From: Eledone cirrhosa
Lineage: Eukaryota
Assembly (NCBI GenBank): GCA_964016885.1
Contig: OZ024743.1
Location: 254,510,001 to 254,574,000, forward strand
Direction of reading: 5' to 3'
DNA: 64,000 bases
Shown here: positions 44,644 to 59,100 of the stretch, piece after piece
How the letters are laid out: each line of letters begins with the position of its first letter
How positions within the stretch are numbered: position 1 is the first letter of the stretch
Notes under the pieces: model-generated
Database searches by the model: none
What the model saw: the letters and a program-made list of their open reading frames with translations, nothing else
What the model was told of the DNA's origin: nothing
Translations under genes and position numbers: made by a program

Positions 44644-45864
44644 ATGCTAAACAGCATGGGCGCCACGGATTCGGCGGAGGTCACTGATCTTATAGGATTA
44701 TTCCTAATAGCCAAACTCACTGATATGTTTCCTGCATTCGGTGGTGGATTGTACCGTGATGATGGGCTCCTTACCCTTAAAGGGTACAACCGCAGTAGTA
44801 CAGATCGGGTCCGGAAACAATTAATCAGATTCTTCCGCGACTGGGGATTTAAAATAACCCTACAAACGTCCCTGACCCGAGTAAACTTCCTGGACGTAAC
44901 CGTCGACCTCGAAAACGACCTGTACTACACATACAGGAAACCTAATGACAATCTGCACTACACCCACCGCCGATCAAACCATCCTAGGAACATCACAAAC
45001 AACCTGGTCAAAAACATCTCCCTCCGCATATCCCGTTTGTCAGCTAATGAGCGGATATTCGATGAACATGCGCCTTATTACAACCAGGCCCTCAAGCGGA
45101 GTGGTTTCCGGGAGGAAATATCCTACTGTCCAGATCCCATTAGCGGAACCAGCAGGAGACACCGCCGCTCACGCAATGTAACATGGTTCAATCCTCCCCA
45201 CAACGCAGAGGTGACTACTCCCATCGGGAAACTATTCTTTAGGCTCATTGAAAAATACTTCCCATTACAACACCGCTACCACAACATAATTAACAAAAAA
45301 ACCATCAAACTCTCTTACAGCACTACACCAAACTTCGCACAAAACATCGTCCCCTCTAACAACAAAAAACTCAACCCCGATGGCAGAAATAACCTAAATA
45401 GCAGTGGAGAACCGACCAGGAGGTGTAACTGCCCGGATAGATCTATTTGCCCACTCGACAATAGATGCAGAGACCGTAATGTGATCTACCAGTGCAACGT
45501 GAGGACGGATACCTCCAACAAAGCCTATATAGGACTTACCGCATGTGACTTCAAGACCCGGCTATACCAACATAGACATACCTTCCGAAACCCGGCCCGG
45601 CGTCACGCCACTACACCTTCGGGCCACATATGGGACCTCAAGGACAACAACATCACCTATGATCTCACTTGGAGATTACTGTCCAGAGCCAATTCTTACA
45701 CGGGAGAACGCCGTCCGTGCAATTTATGCTCGGAGGAAACTTTACAAATGCTGTTTTCGACGGACCAACTCCTAAACAAGAAAGATGAACTGGTTACTGC
45801 ATGTAAACATAGATTGCGTAGGACTTACCTCGCCCTCAAACCCCATAATGACCCGGGGGGGTAG
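44644..45864 (+). CDS. 5'-truncated Naiad RT-GIY-YIG ORF (uninterrupted)
   Basis: MGATDSAEVTDLIGL, GLYRDDGL, WFNPP, YIGLT, CNLCSEE, LLNKKDEL..CKH. Confidence 0.9.
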   Translation: MLNSMGATDSAEVTDLIGLFLIAKLTDMFPAFGGGLYRDDGLLTLKGYNRSSTDRVRKQLIRFFRDWGFKITLQTSLTRVNFLDVTVDLENDLYYTYRKPNDNLHYTHRRSNHPRNITNNLVKNISLRISRLSANERIFDEHAPYYNQALKRSGFREEISYCPDPISGTSRRHRRSRNVTWFNPPHNAEVTTPIGKLFFRLIEKYFPLQHRYHNIINKKTIKLSYSTTPNFAQNIVPSNNKKLNPDGRNNLNSSGEPTRRCNCPDRSICPLDNRCRDRNVIYQCNVRTDTSNKAYIGLTACDFKTRLYQHRHTFRNPARRHATTPSGHIWDLKDNNITYDLTWRLLSRANSYTGERRPCNLCSEETLQMLFSTDQLLNKKDELVTACKHRLRRTYLALKPHNDPGG

Positions 45865-47103
45865 ACTAGGGCTATAACACCCCAGTTGCCGATTTTGCAA
45901 TGGGTAACCCCTGCTTGCCAAGGAAGACGTAAGATATTCTTTGTATTCTTTTATCGCTTCCTTTATTTCCTTCCCCCCTCTCTCCTTTGTCCTTCTACCC
46001 CAGCTCTTCTCCTTTGTCGGCGTCTTTTCTCGCCCACCCGAGGCTGCCCTTTGGCCCCATGTAGCCTTAGTACCCCCACTCCCCCCTCCCCTAGTCTTTG
46101 ATAGATTTGGCGGACTCCGCCCTTTATAGCAGTTGGCTTAGACCCCGGATACTTGCCCCCTTTTTCCGACCGCTCCCACTATTCTCTGTGCCCTCTATAT
46201 TTCTTAGTGGCACTTATGCCTTATTTTTTCGTTTCAGTATTTCTTGCTTCGCTTTTCTTCTGGGCGGGGTGGATTCTGAATTTATTTCTCCGTATTCTAC
46301 CTTTATTTCGTACGAACTTTCATGTAGCTTGTTTTAGATCTTTCAGAGTTAGCATTAGTATATATTTTTCTCGGGACTCAGAATTATTATGTCGTACAAG
46401 TTCACTTTGCTGCACTGGGTCGTTGCTGGCCCGGGATGGAAACCTTTATTGTTTATTTCGTGGTAGTCTCTTTAGTATTTTGGCCCCTTTTGTTGACCAG
46501 TCACCGTATCATTTACGTACTTATACCTCTTAAAAGGGTCCTTGCCTAATTCGTCCCACCTAGTTCTTTTACTTATTTCCTTATTTATTTATTTATTTAT
46601 TTATTTACTTCTTTCTTTCTTTCTTTATTTTATTCTCGCCTAACAATAGCCTGACACCTAGGTCGTAGAATTTAATTTACTTTACTTTTTTCTTTACACT
46701 TATTTGCTTTTCTTCACTCTCAGTATTTTTTCTTTCCTATTTCTACCCCCCATTGTTCTACCTACCGTTCCGACTTCCTCCCCCTCCCCCTCCCCTGTAT
46801 CTTCTTTGACCTCATGCCCAGCTGTAGCTGGCACTACCAACGCTTGATTGGGTCTACTCCACCCCCTCCCCTCTTTCTCCTACTGGCAGGTTTAGCCACC
46901 ATCTCCCCTACTAATTTGCAACCACAGAATTACTACTGATTTTTGACAATCACTTTGACCATATATGGAATTACCCCTTGAGAAGATCGGCTATTTAAAT
47001 ACCAGGATAAATGTTCATTTAGTCCAGAATTAGCCGTCGAAACGGCTTGAGCTCAGCTGTCGGGGTCTTACTGGTTCCTATATATATATATATATATATA
47101 TAT

Positions 47104-47146
<43 letters not shown>

Positions 47147-47389
47147 TATATTTAATTTGTTGGGATACAACAAGCAAAATATTTTGATAACTGATATAAA
47201 GCACTATCCAGAAGATTTAATCCAGAATGTTTGCATTATTTTTTAAGGGTATGTCAATATTTATTTATAAAACTAACCTATATTATATTTTATATGATGA
47301 AAGCGCACCATAGTTTACTATGGTGGCCCTTGAAATATGTTTAATGAAATAAATATGGTTTTATAAATATAGTTTCCATTTGTTAATAT

Positions 47390-47453
<64 letters not shown>

Positions 47454-47657
47454 TATATATACATATGTATATATATAGAAATATATATATATAGATAGAT
47501 AAATAATCACGGGTGTGTATGATTGTGTATAGAAGATTATATTAATAAGAGGAATTCCAACTTTGTCTGATTTACTCGTTTTATTTACAATCCTTTAAAA
47601 TTTATAATGGTATTATAATGAAATAGTATGAAAGAATATCAAATTCTAAGTGTTAAT

Positions 47658-47696
47658 TGAACAAGTACTTTAATGCTTTTGCAATCTTCAGGTTCA
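47658..47696 (-). ncRNA. Degenerate minimal hammerhead downstream of that PLE
   Basis: tgaac-CTGAAGA-t tgc aaaa gca t-TAAA-GTAC-TT-gttca (GAAA>TAAA). Confidence 0.68.
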
Positions 47697-48099
47697 TAGT
47701 ATGTGGTGACAGTCAAGTTTGCAATTTTCAACTGTAATAAGATGGGTAAATTTTCTACTTTTTATACAGGGAAAAGTGGCTCCAGAATGCTAAATCTTGC
47801 AAACTGCATTTCGACCAATCAGTGTGTAGTTTCACTGAATTACTAAAGCTGATTGGTTTAAGCGTCACGGATGGTTGAGCATGTCTAACGACCAATAATT
47901 AATCATATCCAAAGCATCAATTGTTTTGCTATTTTTAGAAATGATGAAAATAGCATTTTCTATTAATCATCACCATCAACATCACTTTTATTATTATTAT
48001 TATTGTCGTTGTTGTTGTTGTTGTTGTTATTGTTGTTGTTTTTGTTGTTGTTAGTGGCCGTAGTCATAGTCATAGTAGAAGTAATAACCCTAAGCGTTA

Positions 48100-49562
48100 T
48101 TATTGTTCATTTAGCTTGGGTTTGAATTTATCAATAAAATTCTTTTCTTTGATTTCTCTCTTCATTTCACTTTGGCTGTGTAATTTGTAGAATGGGAATA
48201 TTATAAATATTCCCTGACCACATGTTGCTAGATGGTTACTTAGGGGTATCTGACGGACATTTGGGTCTCTGATTTGTTGACGGTGTACCCGTGCACGTTC
48301 CGATAGTGCATTTCCAGTTTGACCGACATATAGTTCTTCACAATTCGGGCATTTAATGCAGTAAATTAGATTTCTGCTTTTGCAGTTCATATTTGCATTT
48401 GGGAATATTTTTCCAGCTTTTGTTTTCATATATTGACTATCATTGCATTGAGATACAGTGAATGATTGGTCTTTGTTGTTAAGGTCAAACTTTGCTTTTG
48501 TTAGTAATTGCTTCAAATTTTTTGGCTGTCTTTTACTAAGAGTCAAAGATCGATCTGTGATTAAGCCTTTTAATTCATTACTTTGAGCAATGATCGGTAG
48601 GTTTGCTTTGGCAGTGTTGAAGATATTCTGGTGACATGGGTTGTGTGTCATTATAAATGGTATGACCAGTTCTTGGTTTCTTCTTCCTTGGGTTGCCCTA
48701 AGTTGTTGTATAGGTATTTTTATAGCCCGCTGTATGCCATTTTCTATAAGTAGAGATCGGTATTTTTGTTTGAGCAAAAATGTTCTTAGTTCTGTTAGGC
48801 GTTTGTACCTGGTATTCGTATCTTCTACAATGGTACAAATTCTTCTGGCTAGGCAGTATGGGATGTTGCGTTTTGTATGAGGTGGATGGCACGACTTGAA
48901 ATTCAGATATTGATGGGTGTCTGTGGGTTTATAATATATATCCGTGGTAATGGTGGTGTCGTTTTTGATTATCATTATATCTAGGAATGGTAATTTGGTC
49001 CTACTCATCTCTTTTGTGAATTGGAGAGATGGGTGTAGGTTATTCAGGAGGATATTGAACTCATCCAGAGTATCTAGAGATTCTGTCCAGATGATGAAAC
49101 AGTCGTCAAGGTATCTCTTCCAAGATTTGTCAATGTACTTTCTAAAGTCAGTACTATATTTTTCCTCTATTTCTTGGTAGAGTTGTTGTTCTAAATATCC
49201 CCTTACAGAGTTCGCGTAAACGGGAGCAAACTTCGTTCCCATCGCTGTGCGTCTAATTTGGATGTAATTCTTTCCATTGAAGAAGAAAGTGTTGTATTCC
49301 AGAATAAGTTTAACTGCGTCTAATATAAATGGCGCTGTGAATCTGATGGGAATCACTTCTCTATGTTTTTCCACCCAGTATTTAACCGCCTTTATTCCTA
49401 AATCATGTGTAATGTTGGTGTAAAGGCTTACCACATCAAAACTGAGTAGAAGTGAATTCGTTTCCGTGGTTTTGGGAAGATGGGACAGGAAGTCGATATC
49501 ATCCTAGATGAAACTGGGTATGTGAATACATAGTGGTTTCAAAATAATGTCAACAAAATTGC
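48100..49562 (-). pseudogene. 5'-truncated non-Naiad PLE (Neptune-like) RT + GIY-YIG; nonsense codon at 49504
   Basis: FDVVSLYTNI, AMGTKFAPVYAN, RYLDDCF, YYKPTDTHQYL..SCHP, IYCIKCPNC..YVGQT. Confidence 0.9.
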
Positions 49563-49590
49563 TTATATATATATATGTATATATATATAA

Positions 49591-49667
<77 letters not shown>

Positions 49668-49718
49668 TATATATATATATGTATATATATATAAGTATAT
49701 ATATGTAAATATATATAA

Positions 49719-49784
<66 letters not shown>

Positions 49785-49804
49785 ATATATATAAATATAT
49801 ATAT

Positions 49805-52800
49805 AGAATACACATGAATCAAAGTTCTGTTCAAACCAATTATTAGCTTACAATTGTTTCATACAAACCGAGGTTTGGATTCTTCGGAGCATTTTTCAAT
49901 GTTTGTTTACATACATGAACTCCTTTCCAACACAAGAGACATACAGATACATATGTATATATTGATGCACAGTGGGGTGACATCCATTATATTATTTCTG
50001 AATGGCAATTTAAATTCAAAAATTAAAATCATATTAAAACAGAATCAAAGCAAAATTAAAATTAAAATTAAATACAACATCGGCAGTTAACGTAGATAAT
50101 GCAAGAGGATAGTTTGTTAGTCAGTTGTAGTAGTTATTGCATGCAATAGTTACACGTGGGGCATGCACGTGTGTCTTATTTATATATGATTATTGTGCGG
50201 CAAGGTGTTATATGAAATACAAGCACTTTAAGCGGGTAATCAAGAGTATTATGGAGGTTGTAGTGGTAAAGTATTGTTTGTGTATGATAAAGAAGCTTGT
50301 GTGCAGAGAAATATTATAAATGAGAAGCAAAATAATGTTATGATTTTTGTATACACCACCATTTTCACAATTTAGGAAACGTAATATATAGTTTATATGT
50401 CCTTCACATAATTAACGATGATTCAGTATTGAATGTTTGATGTATTAAGTTAGATTATTACAGCTTGTTGCGGCTCAGTGTTCTTTAATCCAATTTTATA
50501 GAGCAGGTTGTTTTTGTTGCGAGAATTTACATCGTTTTATTTTCCGGATTATGTGTGTGATTAAGGGGAGTTAATGCGTGAGGGGGCGTAACTAGCTGAT
50601 TTCTAAAACTAAATTGATTATTCCAACGTACATTAAAAGGTGTCTCAATTGAGTCTCATATATACGGTTATATACAGTTCCCAAATTTAAGTATCCTATC
50701 TTTAAATTACAGTCTACTCTATCATGAGGTGCTAAAGGGATCTATATTAGGTTGATTACTCCCTATCATAGAGTGTTACAACTGAATATTCTATACGAAG
50801 AGTCAGATCTCCATATCAAAATTCTTTGTAAATGTAGTCTACTCACGGAACCTGACAGGGTCTTATTAGAACCACGTCTATATATAACCCCTGGTAAGCT
50901 CTGGGTCAGCGTATGGTTGATTGCATGGCAAAGTTAAATATCTCTAGGGTAGACCAAAAAACAATTCTCACTTACAATGTCATTAATCTGTCTATCAAGT
51001 TATACATGTATGTATAACTCACATACCACTTGTACATAATTCATTGTACTCAACATATAGGTTATACAGCTCTTTTATGTTAATAATTTAATCTTCTATT
51101 TATCTAATGATAGCACTCCATACATACAACAACATTTGCACAAATAATTCATTGTTGAATTTGGTGTTTAAAGTTTACATATAATTATATAGTGATATAA
51201 TGCAGTCTATGTAATTGAAAGTAATTATACTAAAAGTAGGTGTACATGGGGATATTTCTAGGGTAAAAGGTTTTAGATAGATGTCACCAATTGTGTTAAG
51301 ATAGGGTGGAACATTGAGTGTGGAGTTGTGGTGTAAGGTGTGCCCTTGAGGTGTGTTGCTAGAAGTGCTGATGGGTTCAAGTCTGACATTGCTATTTATT
51401 GGGTTTAAAGTTTTGGAAGGAGTGTCGGAAGCGGTGCTGGCATGACGCGAACACTCTGATTTTTTATTAAGGAGGTTATGGTTTGAGAAGATAATAATAT
51501 GGGTCTCTAGTAGACAGATGTTACAAAATTTATTAGGTGGTTTGTACGATGTCGCCTTACCTATCACTTCCCATTTAAGTGTATAAGATCTATTTTTAGT
51601 TTTTAGATAGTGTATGTAGCTAGATAGTGAAGTGGAGTTGGCTAGACTGTGTTTTTTGAAAGAATGGAGGTGCGAATTGTATCTGGTTTTGAAGCAGTTT
51701 GAAGTAGAGCCTATATAGGTTTCATAAGAGTTGCTAGTTGTGACGGTGCATGAGTATATGATATCCTTGATTAAGCATTTTTTATCTAAAGGGCAGATTC
51801 TATTAGATCTACAGTTACAATTATTTTGGATGTTAGCCTGCCGGTTATTATGTTGTGTAGAAGTCTGGATGGTAGCTGTTGGATTATGGTTATGGGGGTT
51901 GTCGCTCTCAGTGTTATTGCTTACATTAGTGCTATTACTATTATTACTATTGTTATCAGGGTTAGTTGATATAATGTTATTTTGAAGGTTTACCCCCTGT
52001 TGTGATTTAGTTTGTTGGAAGTAAGAATTAATTTTTCTTTTATTGCTACTAGCTATTTGGTATGCTATGTTAGGCGTGGTAGAGTAGGAGATTTTAATTG
52101 TGTTTTTGTTTAAAAGGCTATGGTACTTGTGGCCAGATGGGAAGTGTTTATCCAGGAGTGAGAAGAAAGCCTTAGGTAGATTGGTAGAGACGTTTAGATT
52201 GAAAGGAGGGTTGAAAAATGTATTATTTCTTCTTCTATTTTTGTTTGTTATGTCTGGTAAGTTGTTTCCGTTTATGGTATTAGGGTAACTTCTGTGGTGT
52301 GGGTTACGTTTGTTGGCATCCTTCGTATTAGTGTGTGTGTGTGGTTGCTATTCTTATTACTATTTTTCCTCATGGACATATTGTGCGAAATAATGTTGTA
52401 GCTATGTGATTTTGTAGTTAGGAACTCGATCTCCTTATTATGGCCTGATCTAGCTAATGCCTGATTATAATATTGCGAGTTTTTGCTAAATATGTTTACG
52501 TCATAGGATAGATTAGAGATTTTATTGGATACTCCCTTAGAGATAGAGTTTAATATTGATCTAGGGTGGTTAGACTTGGTATCTACGTAAATCAGTTTTT
52601 CATTAGGTTTATGGAATGGTGTATATATCCTTGAGTCTAGGTAGAGGGTGGCGTCTAGGAAGTTAACGTTTTAGTGTTTTTGCCTCCTTAATAAAAAATC
52701 AGAAGTGTTCGCGTCATGCCAGCACCGCTTCCGACACTCCTTCCAAAACTTTAAACCCAATATATAGCAATGTCAGACTTGAACCCATCAGCACTTCTAG

Positions 52801-54517
52801 CAACACACCTCAAGGGAACACCTTACACCACAACTCCACACTCAATGTTCCACCCTATCTTAACACAATTGGTGACATCTATCTAAAACCTTTTACCCTA
52901 GAAATATCCCCATGTACACCTACTTTTAGTATAATTACTTTCAATTACATAGACTGCATTATATCACTATATAATTATATGTAAACTTTAAACACCGAAT
53001 TCAACAATGAATTATTTGTGCAAATGTTGTTGTATGTATGGAGTGCTATCATTAGATAAATAGAAGATTAAATTATTAACATAAAAGAGCTGTATAACCT
53101 ATATGTTGAGTACAATGAATTATGTACAAGTGGTATGTGAGTTATACATACATGTATAACTTGATAGACAGATTAATGACATTGTAAGTGAGAATTGTTT
53201 TTTGGTCTACCCTAGAGATATTTAACTTTGCCATGCAATCAGCCATACGCTGACCCAGAGCTTACCAGGGGTTATATATAGACGTGGTTCTATTAGGACC
53301 CTGTCAGGTTCCGTGAGTAGACTACATTTACAAAGAATTTTGATATGGAGATCTGACACTTCGTATGGAATATTCAGTTGTAGCAGTCTATGATAGGGAG
53401 TAATCATCCTAATATAGATACCTTTAGTACTTCATGAAAGAGTAGACTGTAATTTAAAGATAGGATACTTAAATTTGGAAACTGTATATAACAGTATATA
53501 TAAGGGACTCGATTGAGACACCTTTTAATGTACGTTGGAATAATAAATTTAGTTATAGAAATCAGCTAGTTACCTCCCATCACGCATTAACTACCCTTAA
53601 TCACACACATACTTCCGGAAAATAAAACGATGTAAATTCTCGCAACGGAAACAACCTGCTCTATAAAATTGGATTAAAGAACATTGAGCCGCAACAAGCT
53701 GTAATAATTTAACTTAATACATCAAACATCCAATACTGAATCCTCGTTAATTATGTGAAGGACATATAAACTATATATTACGTTTCCTGAATTGTGAAAA
53801 TGGTGGTGTATACAAAACCATAACATTATTTTGCTTCTCATTTATCATATTTCTCTACACACACGCTTCCTTATCATACACAAAAAATACTTTACCAAAA
53901 CAACCTCCATAATACTCTTGAATACCCGCTTAAAGTGCTTGTATTGCATATAACACCTTGCCGCACAATAATCATATATAAATAAGACACACGTGCATGC
54001 CCCACGTGTAACTATTGCATGCAATAACTACTACAACTGACTAACAAACTATCCATTATCTACGTTAACTGCCGATGTTGTATTTTAATTTTAATTTTAA
54101 TTTTGCTTTGATTCTGTTTTAATATGATTTTAATTTTTGAAATTAAATTGCCATTCAGAAATAATATAATGGATGTCACCCCACTGTGCATCGATATATA
54201 CATATGTATCTGTATGTCTTTTGTGTTGGAAAGGAGGTCATGTATGTAAACAAACATTGAAAAATGCTCCGAAGAATCCAAACCTCGGTTTGGATGAAAC
54301 AATTGTGAGCTAATATATGGTTTGAACAGAACTTTGATTCATGTGAATTCTATATAACTGCTCTGTAGAACAACTGATGTTATTACAATGAGCTATTTAT
54401 CTTACTGGTAATAAGGTAGTAATTAATTACTGTCTTTCACTGTTTAGGGTTTAAAATATATATAACTATAAAAAGTTTTAGTATATACATAACCATAAAT
54501 AGTATCCTTAATACTAT
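49805..54517 (-). mobile_element. 5'-truncated decayed Naiad (52672->49805) with ~1.8-kb inverted 3' copy (52685-54517)
   Basis: NFLD, FFNPPF, CNCRSNRICPL..CL, YIGS, CNICLLE; 49805-51473 inverted at 52685-54352. Confidence 0.9.
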
Positions 54518-54518
54518 A

Positions 54519-54550
<32 letters not shown>

Positions 54551-54566
54551 AATATAAATATATATA

Positions 54567-54601
<35 letters not shown>

Positions 54602-54632
54602 GTAAATATATATATATGTGTGTATAAATATA

Positions 54633-54675
<43 letters not shown>

Positions 54676-54787
54676 ATAAATATATATGTGTGTGTATAAA
54701 TATATGTGTGTGTATATATATATATACACACATATATATATTTATACAAATATATATTTAACTAAACTGTATCCATTAAAATCCTTC

Positions 54788-54824
<37 letters not shown>

Positions 54825-54847
54825 ATATATATAAATATATATATATA

Positions 54848-54878
<31 letters not shown>

Positions 54879-54950
54879 GTGTATATATATATATATATAT
54901 AAATATATATATATATATGTGTGTATATATATATGTGTGTATATATATAC

Positions 54951-55002
<52 letters not shown>

Positions 55003-55089
55003 ATATATATATATATATATGTCTGTATATATATATATATATATAAATATATATATATGTTTATATATATATATATATAAACTAATAAT

Positions 55090-55840
55090 AAAACTAGAGA
55101 GGAACGAAGCTTGCATGCTCCGCTGGATGTGTAACAGTAATATACGTGAACGGCAAAGCATAAACGAACTAAGGAATAAATTAGAGATAAGAGGGATCAG
55201 ATGTTGTTTACTCGAGAGAAGGCTACGTTGGTATGGACACGTGATGCGCATGAAAGTCGATAGCTGTATAACAAAGTGCAGGGCAATAAAGATAGACGGT
55301 AGTCACGGAATAGGCAGACCTAGAAAAACCTGGGACGAGCTGATAAACTCCGACATCACACACTTACACCTCTCCAAGACAATGTCACTGGACCGAGACC
55401 TTTGGCGGTACTCAGTAACAGAGAAGACCCGCCTTACCTAAATATATAGTAAAACCTACTCCAGCCAGTAGGCATCTCTAACAAAATACACCCCGTCCCA
55501 CCACCCCCACCCCCACCCGATCCACACCACCCCGTTCTATGTAAAGTTATGTTGGTGCCGCGCCATCGAGGCCGAAACAAATGAGATCGTGTAGGTGTCA
55601 CGACAAAAAAACACACAGTCCACGCTGTAATGTGGCCGTGTAGGCAACACGGTAAAAACCTCCCAGACCCACACTGTAAATGTGGTTGGTGTTAGGAAGG
55701 GCATCCAACTGTAGAAAACCTGCCAGACAGTCCTATGCGAGCAAGACAATCACTCTTGCCTCAAGTGGGACTACCCCCGTCCAAACCCATGCAAGCGTGG
55801 AACACGGACGTTAAACGTTGATGATGATGATGATGATGAT
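55090..55840 (+). mobile_element. RTE-clade LINE 3' fragment with (GAT)n tail
   Basis: [35 protein letters not shown]. Confidence 0.88.
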
Positions 55841-55851
55841 AAATATATTAA

Positions 55852-55995
55852 TGGGGGCACATGGCTTAGTGGTTAGAGCATTGGCCTTGCAATCGAAAGG
55901 TTGTGAGTTCAATTCTCAGACTGGGTGATGTGTTGTTTCCTTGAGCAAGACACTTTATTTCACATTGCTCCAGTTTACTCAGCTGTAGAAATGAG
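55852..55995 (+). mobile_element. tRNA-derived CORE-like SINE
   Basis: A box TGGCTTAGTGG, B box GAGTTCAATTC, CORE-like CCTTGAGCAAGACACTT. Confidence 0.75.
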
Positions 55996-56434
55996 ATGAT
56001 AGGGACTGAGGTCCTTATCATTCCACTGTAAAGTGGTCGTGCAAGGGCCGAGGCAAAACAGCACCGAGTACTCACTGTAAATGAGGTTGGTGTAGAAAAA
56101 AGCACCCAGTACTCACTGTAAATGAGGTTGCTGTAGAAATCAAGCCAGCATCAGTTCCCGTCCTACCCTTGCAAGCAGGGAAAAAGTGGACGTAAAATGA
56201 AATGATGATGATTATATATATGTAAATATATATATATGTATATATATATATAAATATATATATATATATGTGTGTATATATATGTAAATATATATATGTG
56301 TGTATATATATATATAAATATATATAATATGTGTGTATATATATATATATGTGTGTATATATATGTGTATATATATATAAATATATATATATATGTGTAT
56401 ATATATATATATAAATATATATATATAAGTATAT

Positions 56435-56480
<46 letters not shown>

Positions 56481-57264
56481 GCAAACAGGGAAAAGCGGAC
56501 GTAGAATGTACCCCTACAAAAATCAGTGTAGAATAAAAAGATATTTTATTCAATGATTTCTTTGTAACAAAACCTGATAGGTTTAAACATCCAAGTTTTC
56601 CTTGACATTTCTTTCCTTTTTATTTTATCTCTTTCTTTCTTATTTTTTTTTACTTTCTCATTTTTTTTATTATAACACCACAGCCAAGGACAAATTTGCC
56701 TTTTAACCTGCAAATGTTGATAAAATAAAATACTAAATTGTTGGTCTTTTGCATTAATTTTGAAACCTTTATTATTTTATAAATACAATTGCAGCAAAGT
56801 TTCAGCTGTGTATATCAAGAATTTGAATATATATGTTTCCATAACCAGAGCTAAAAGTTTGTAAAGGTTTTCTGGTTTATCTAGTACTGCAAATTGCATA
56901 TGTGTGTACATAGTTTACTTGTGCGTTCTTGTGTATACAGGTATGCAAAAAGTCAATATAGAAAATCAAGATAGAAGTAAATAGCTTAATGCTTGATATA
57001 GGTGAAAAATATCTTAACGTTTCAGATATCTATTTTTCATCAGAAGCTAGTATGAATGATAGTGTACTACACAAATATTTGGAAATGTATAACATTAAAT
57101 TTATTCATCTGTGTGTGTGTGTATGGAGAGAGAGAGCGAGAGAGAGAGAGAGAGAGAGAGATATGCTGATACACATATAAATAAACACAGATTTACTTTC
57201 AGGCAAATAAAATAACAAAGTGAAAACCGTGAAATAGTGATATTGAAGTTTCATCATCTAGCAA

Positions 57265-57326
<62 letters not shown>

Positions 57327-58059
57327 TCTTGCTAATTGATAAAACAAACATACAAACCGAGCATTATAATAAATGTTCGGTGAACCAATACGTACATATA
57401 TATATATATGTGTGCATGTATGTATATATATACATACTACTGTACGTCTGTATACATATATGTATGTACGTATACATACATACTTACATTTAAGTAAGTG
57501 CCGTACTAAGAGTGAGAAATGAAATTTCGTTTCATTCTATTCCATTTATATATATATATATACACACACACACTTGTATATATATATATCTATGGAAATA
57601 TGTGTTCATATATATATATGTGTGTGTGTGTGTGTGTCTGTGTGTATTGGTATGCGTGTGTCTGTGTGTCACCCATTTGTTTTCAGGTGTTTCTTCATTA
57701 CCCTCAGGTACATACCCAGTGAGAAAATCGGTAAAGGAATGGAGTGAAGCTTTAGCTTTCAGCAAATGAATAAATATAACTCTATTACTACATGTTTTGA
57801 ATAAATCCTCCTTCCTCTATCACATCTATATCCACCCTCAATAATATACCCACAGATACAGATATGTGTGTATGTGAGTATTTGCTGAACCTCCGTCAGT
57901 TTCAGAGAAGAATATTTCAGTTGTTTAAAATTAACTTGTGAAATTAATGTTAATTTCACAAGTTAATTTGACTGAGCATTCTACAGATACATGCATCCTT
58001 AATGTTGTTTGCATGATGATATAATATGCCTCAGTGTGTGACATGGCTGGCCTTTTAAA

Positions 58060-58386
58060 ATGAGTGGACTGGAACAACATGAATTAAAATGTTTTGCTAA
58101 AGAACAAAATGTTTTATCATGAATCAAACTCATAACTTTATGATTGTGTGTCAAATGCCTTCACCATTAAGCCATGGGTTTTCATGCACCCACACACACC
58201 GTCGTCATCGTTGTTGTCCACCTACCACGTTAGCAAGGGTTAGATGGGTTGTCTCATTTGAGGCAAGTATGGTCAGGTGACCGTGTCCTGCTCATACAGA
58301 ACTGTTTCTGGCTGGATTTCTACAGCTGGATGCCCTTCCTAATGCTGACCACATTTACAGTGTGCTGGATGCTTTTTGTCATGACA

Positions 58387-58390
<4 letters not shown>
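58060..58390 (-). mobile_element. Decayed SINE (58060-58176) and RTE 3' UTR fragment (58200-58390)
   Basis: Reverse-complement similarity to 55860-55980 and 42400-42570. Confidence 0.6.
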
Positions 58391-58433
<43 letters not shown>

Positions 58434-59100
58434 ATGTTATAGATGTGTATGCATGTGTACTTTGTCTTTATATTTCGTGTTTACCAATTTGTCATGCAAT
58501 TATTCTCTGCCTTCTCTCTTTTTCTCCTCACAAGTTTCAGAGTTGATTGAATTATATACTAGTCCAGGGCAGTGAATTGGCAGAATTTTTAGAGCAATGA
58601 ACAAGATTCCATGTGATATTTGGTGTGGCTCTTTGTATTCTAAGTTCAAATCCACCAGTGGCAAACTTAATATGTCATCCTGTTTAACACCGCCACATGG
58701 CTTGTGATTGCATTTAGAAGAGTTGATTTTTGCAAATATTCAAACCAGGTCTCCAGTGTGATAGTTTCACCCTTCCCACTAGTCTTTGAGCCTATGAGAA
58801 GATTAAATGAACTGCCCTCTACTCTCTGATTAAACATTGAAACAAATCTCACATACACACATACATGTATAAATAAGTGTTTGTTTAAGATGTTTGCTTT
58901 ACAAATTGACATGTATGAAATTGACAAAGAGGTCTTTGTGAAATTAAGTAGATATAAACTGCATAATCCTATTGAATGAATAAAATGAACTTATGTTGGT
59001 TTTGACATTGAATATTTGAATAGTTAAATCAATGGATTAACTTACTCAGTAGATTAATGTGTAAGGGGCTGAGTATTCCAAAAAATATTTTGTGTGGTGT

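Larger units (their letters stand above)
42705..47078. mobile_element. Head-to-head inverted pair of Naiad copies (44631->42705 on -, 44644->47078 on +)
   Basis: ~1.85-kb near-identical inverted arms; U3-A8 HHRs at 42798-42891 (-) and 46973-47066 (+). Confidence 0.93.

Noticed and set aside
55852-55925. tRNA gene
   Set aside because: No complete cloverleaf; followed by a CORE-like SINE body
57675-57715. Possible 21-nt host micro-exon (ttttcag|...CAG|gtacat)
   Set aside because: Splice-like signals alone are too common; no supporting exons or transcript data
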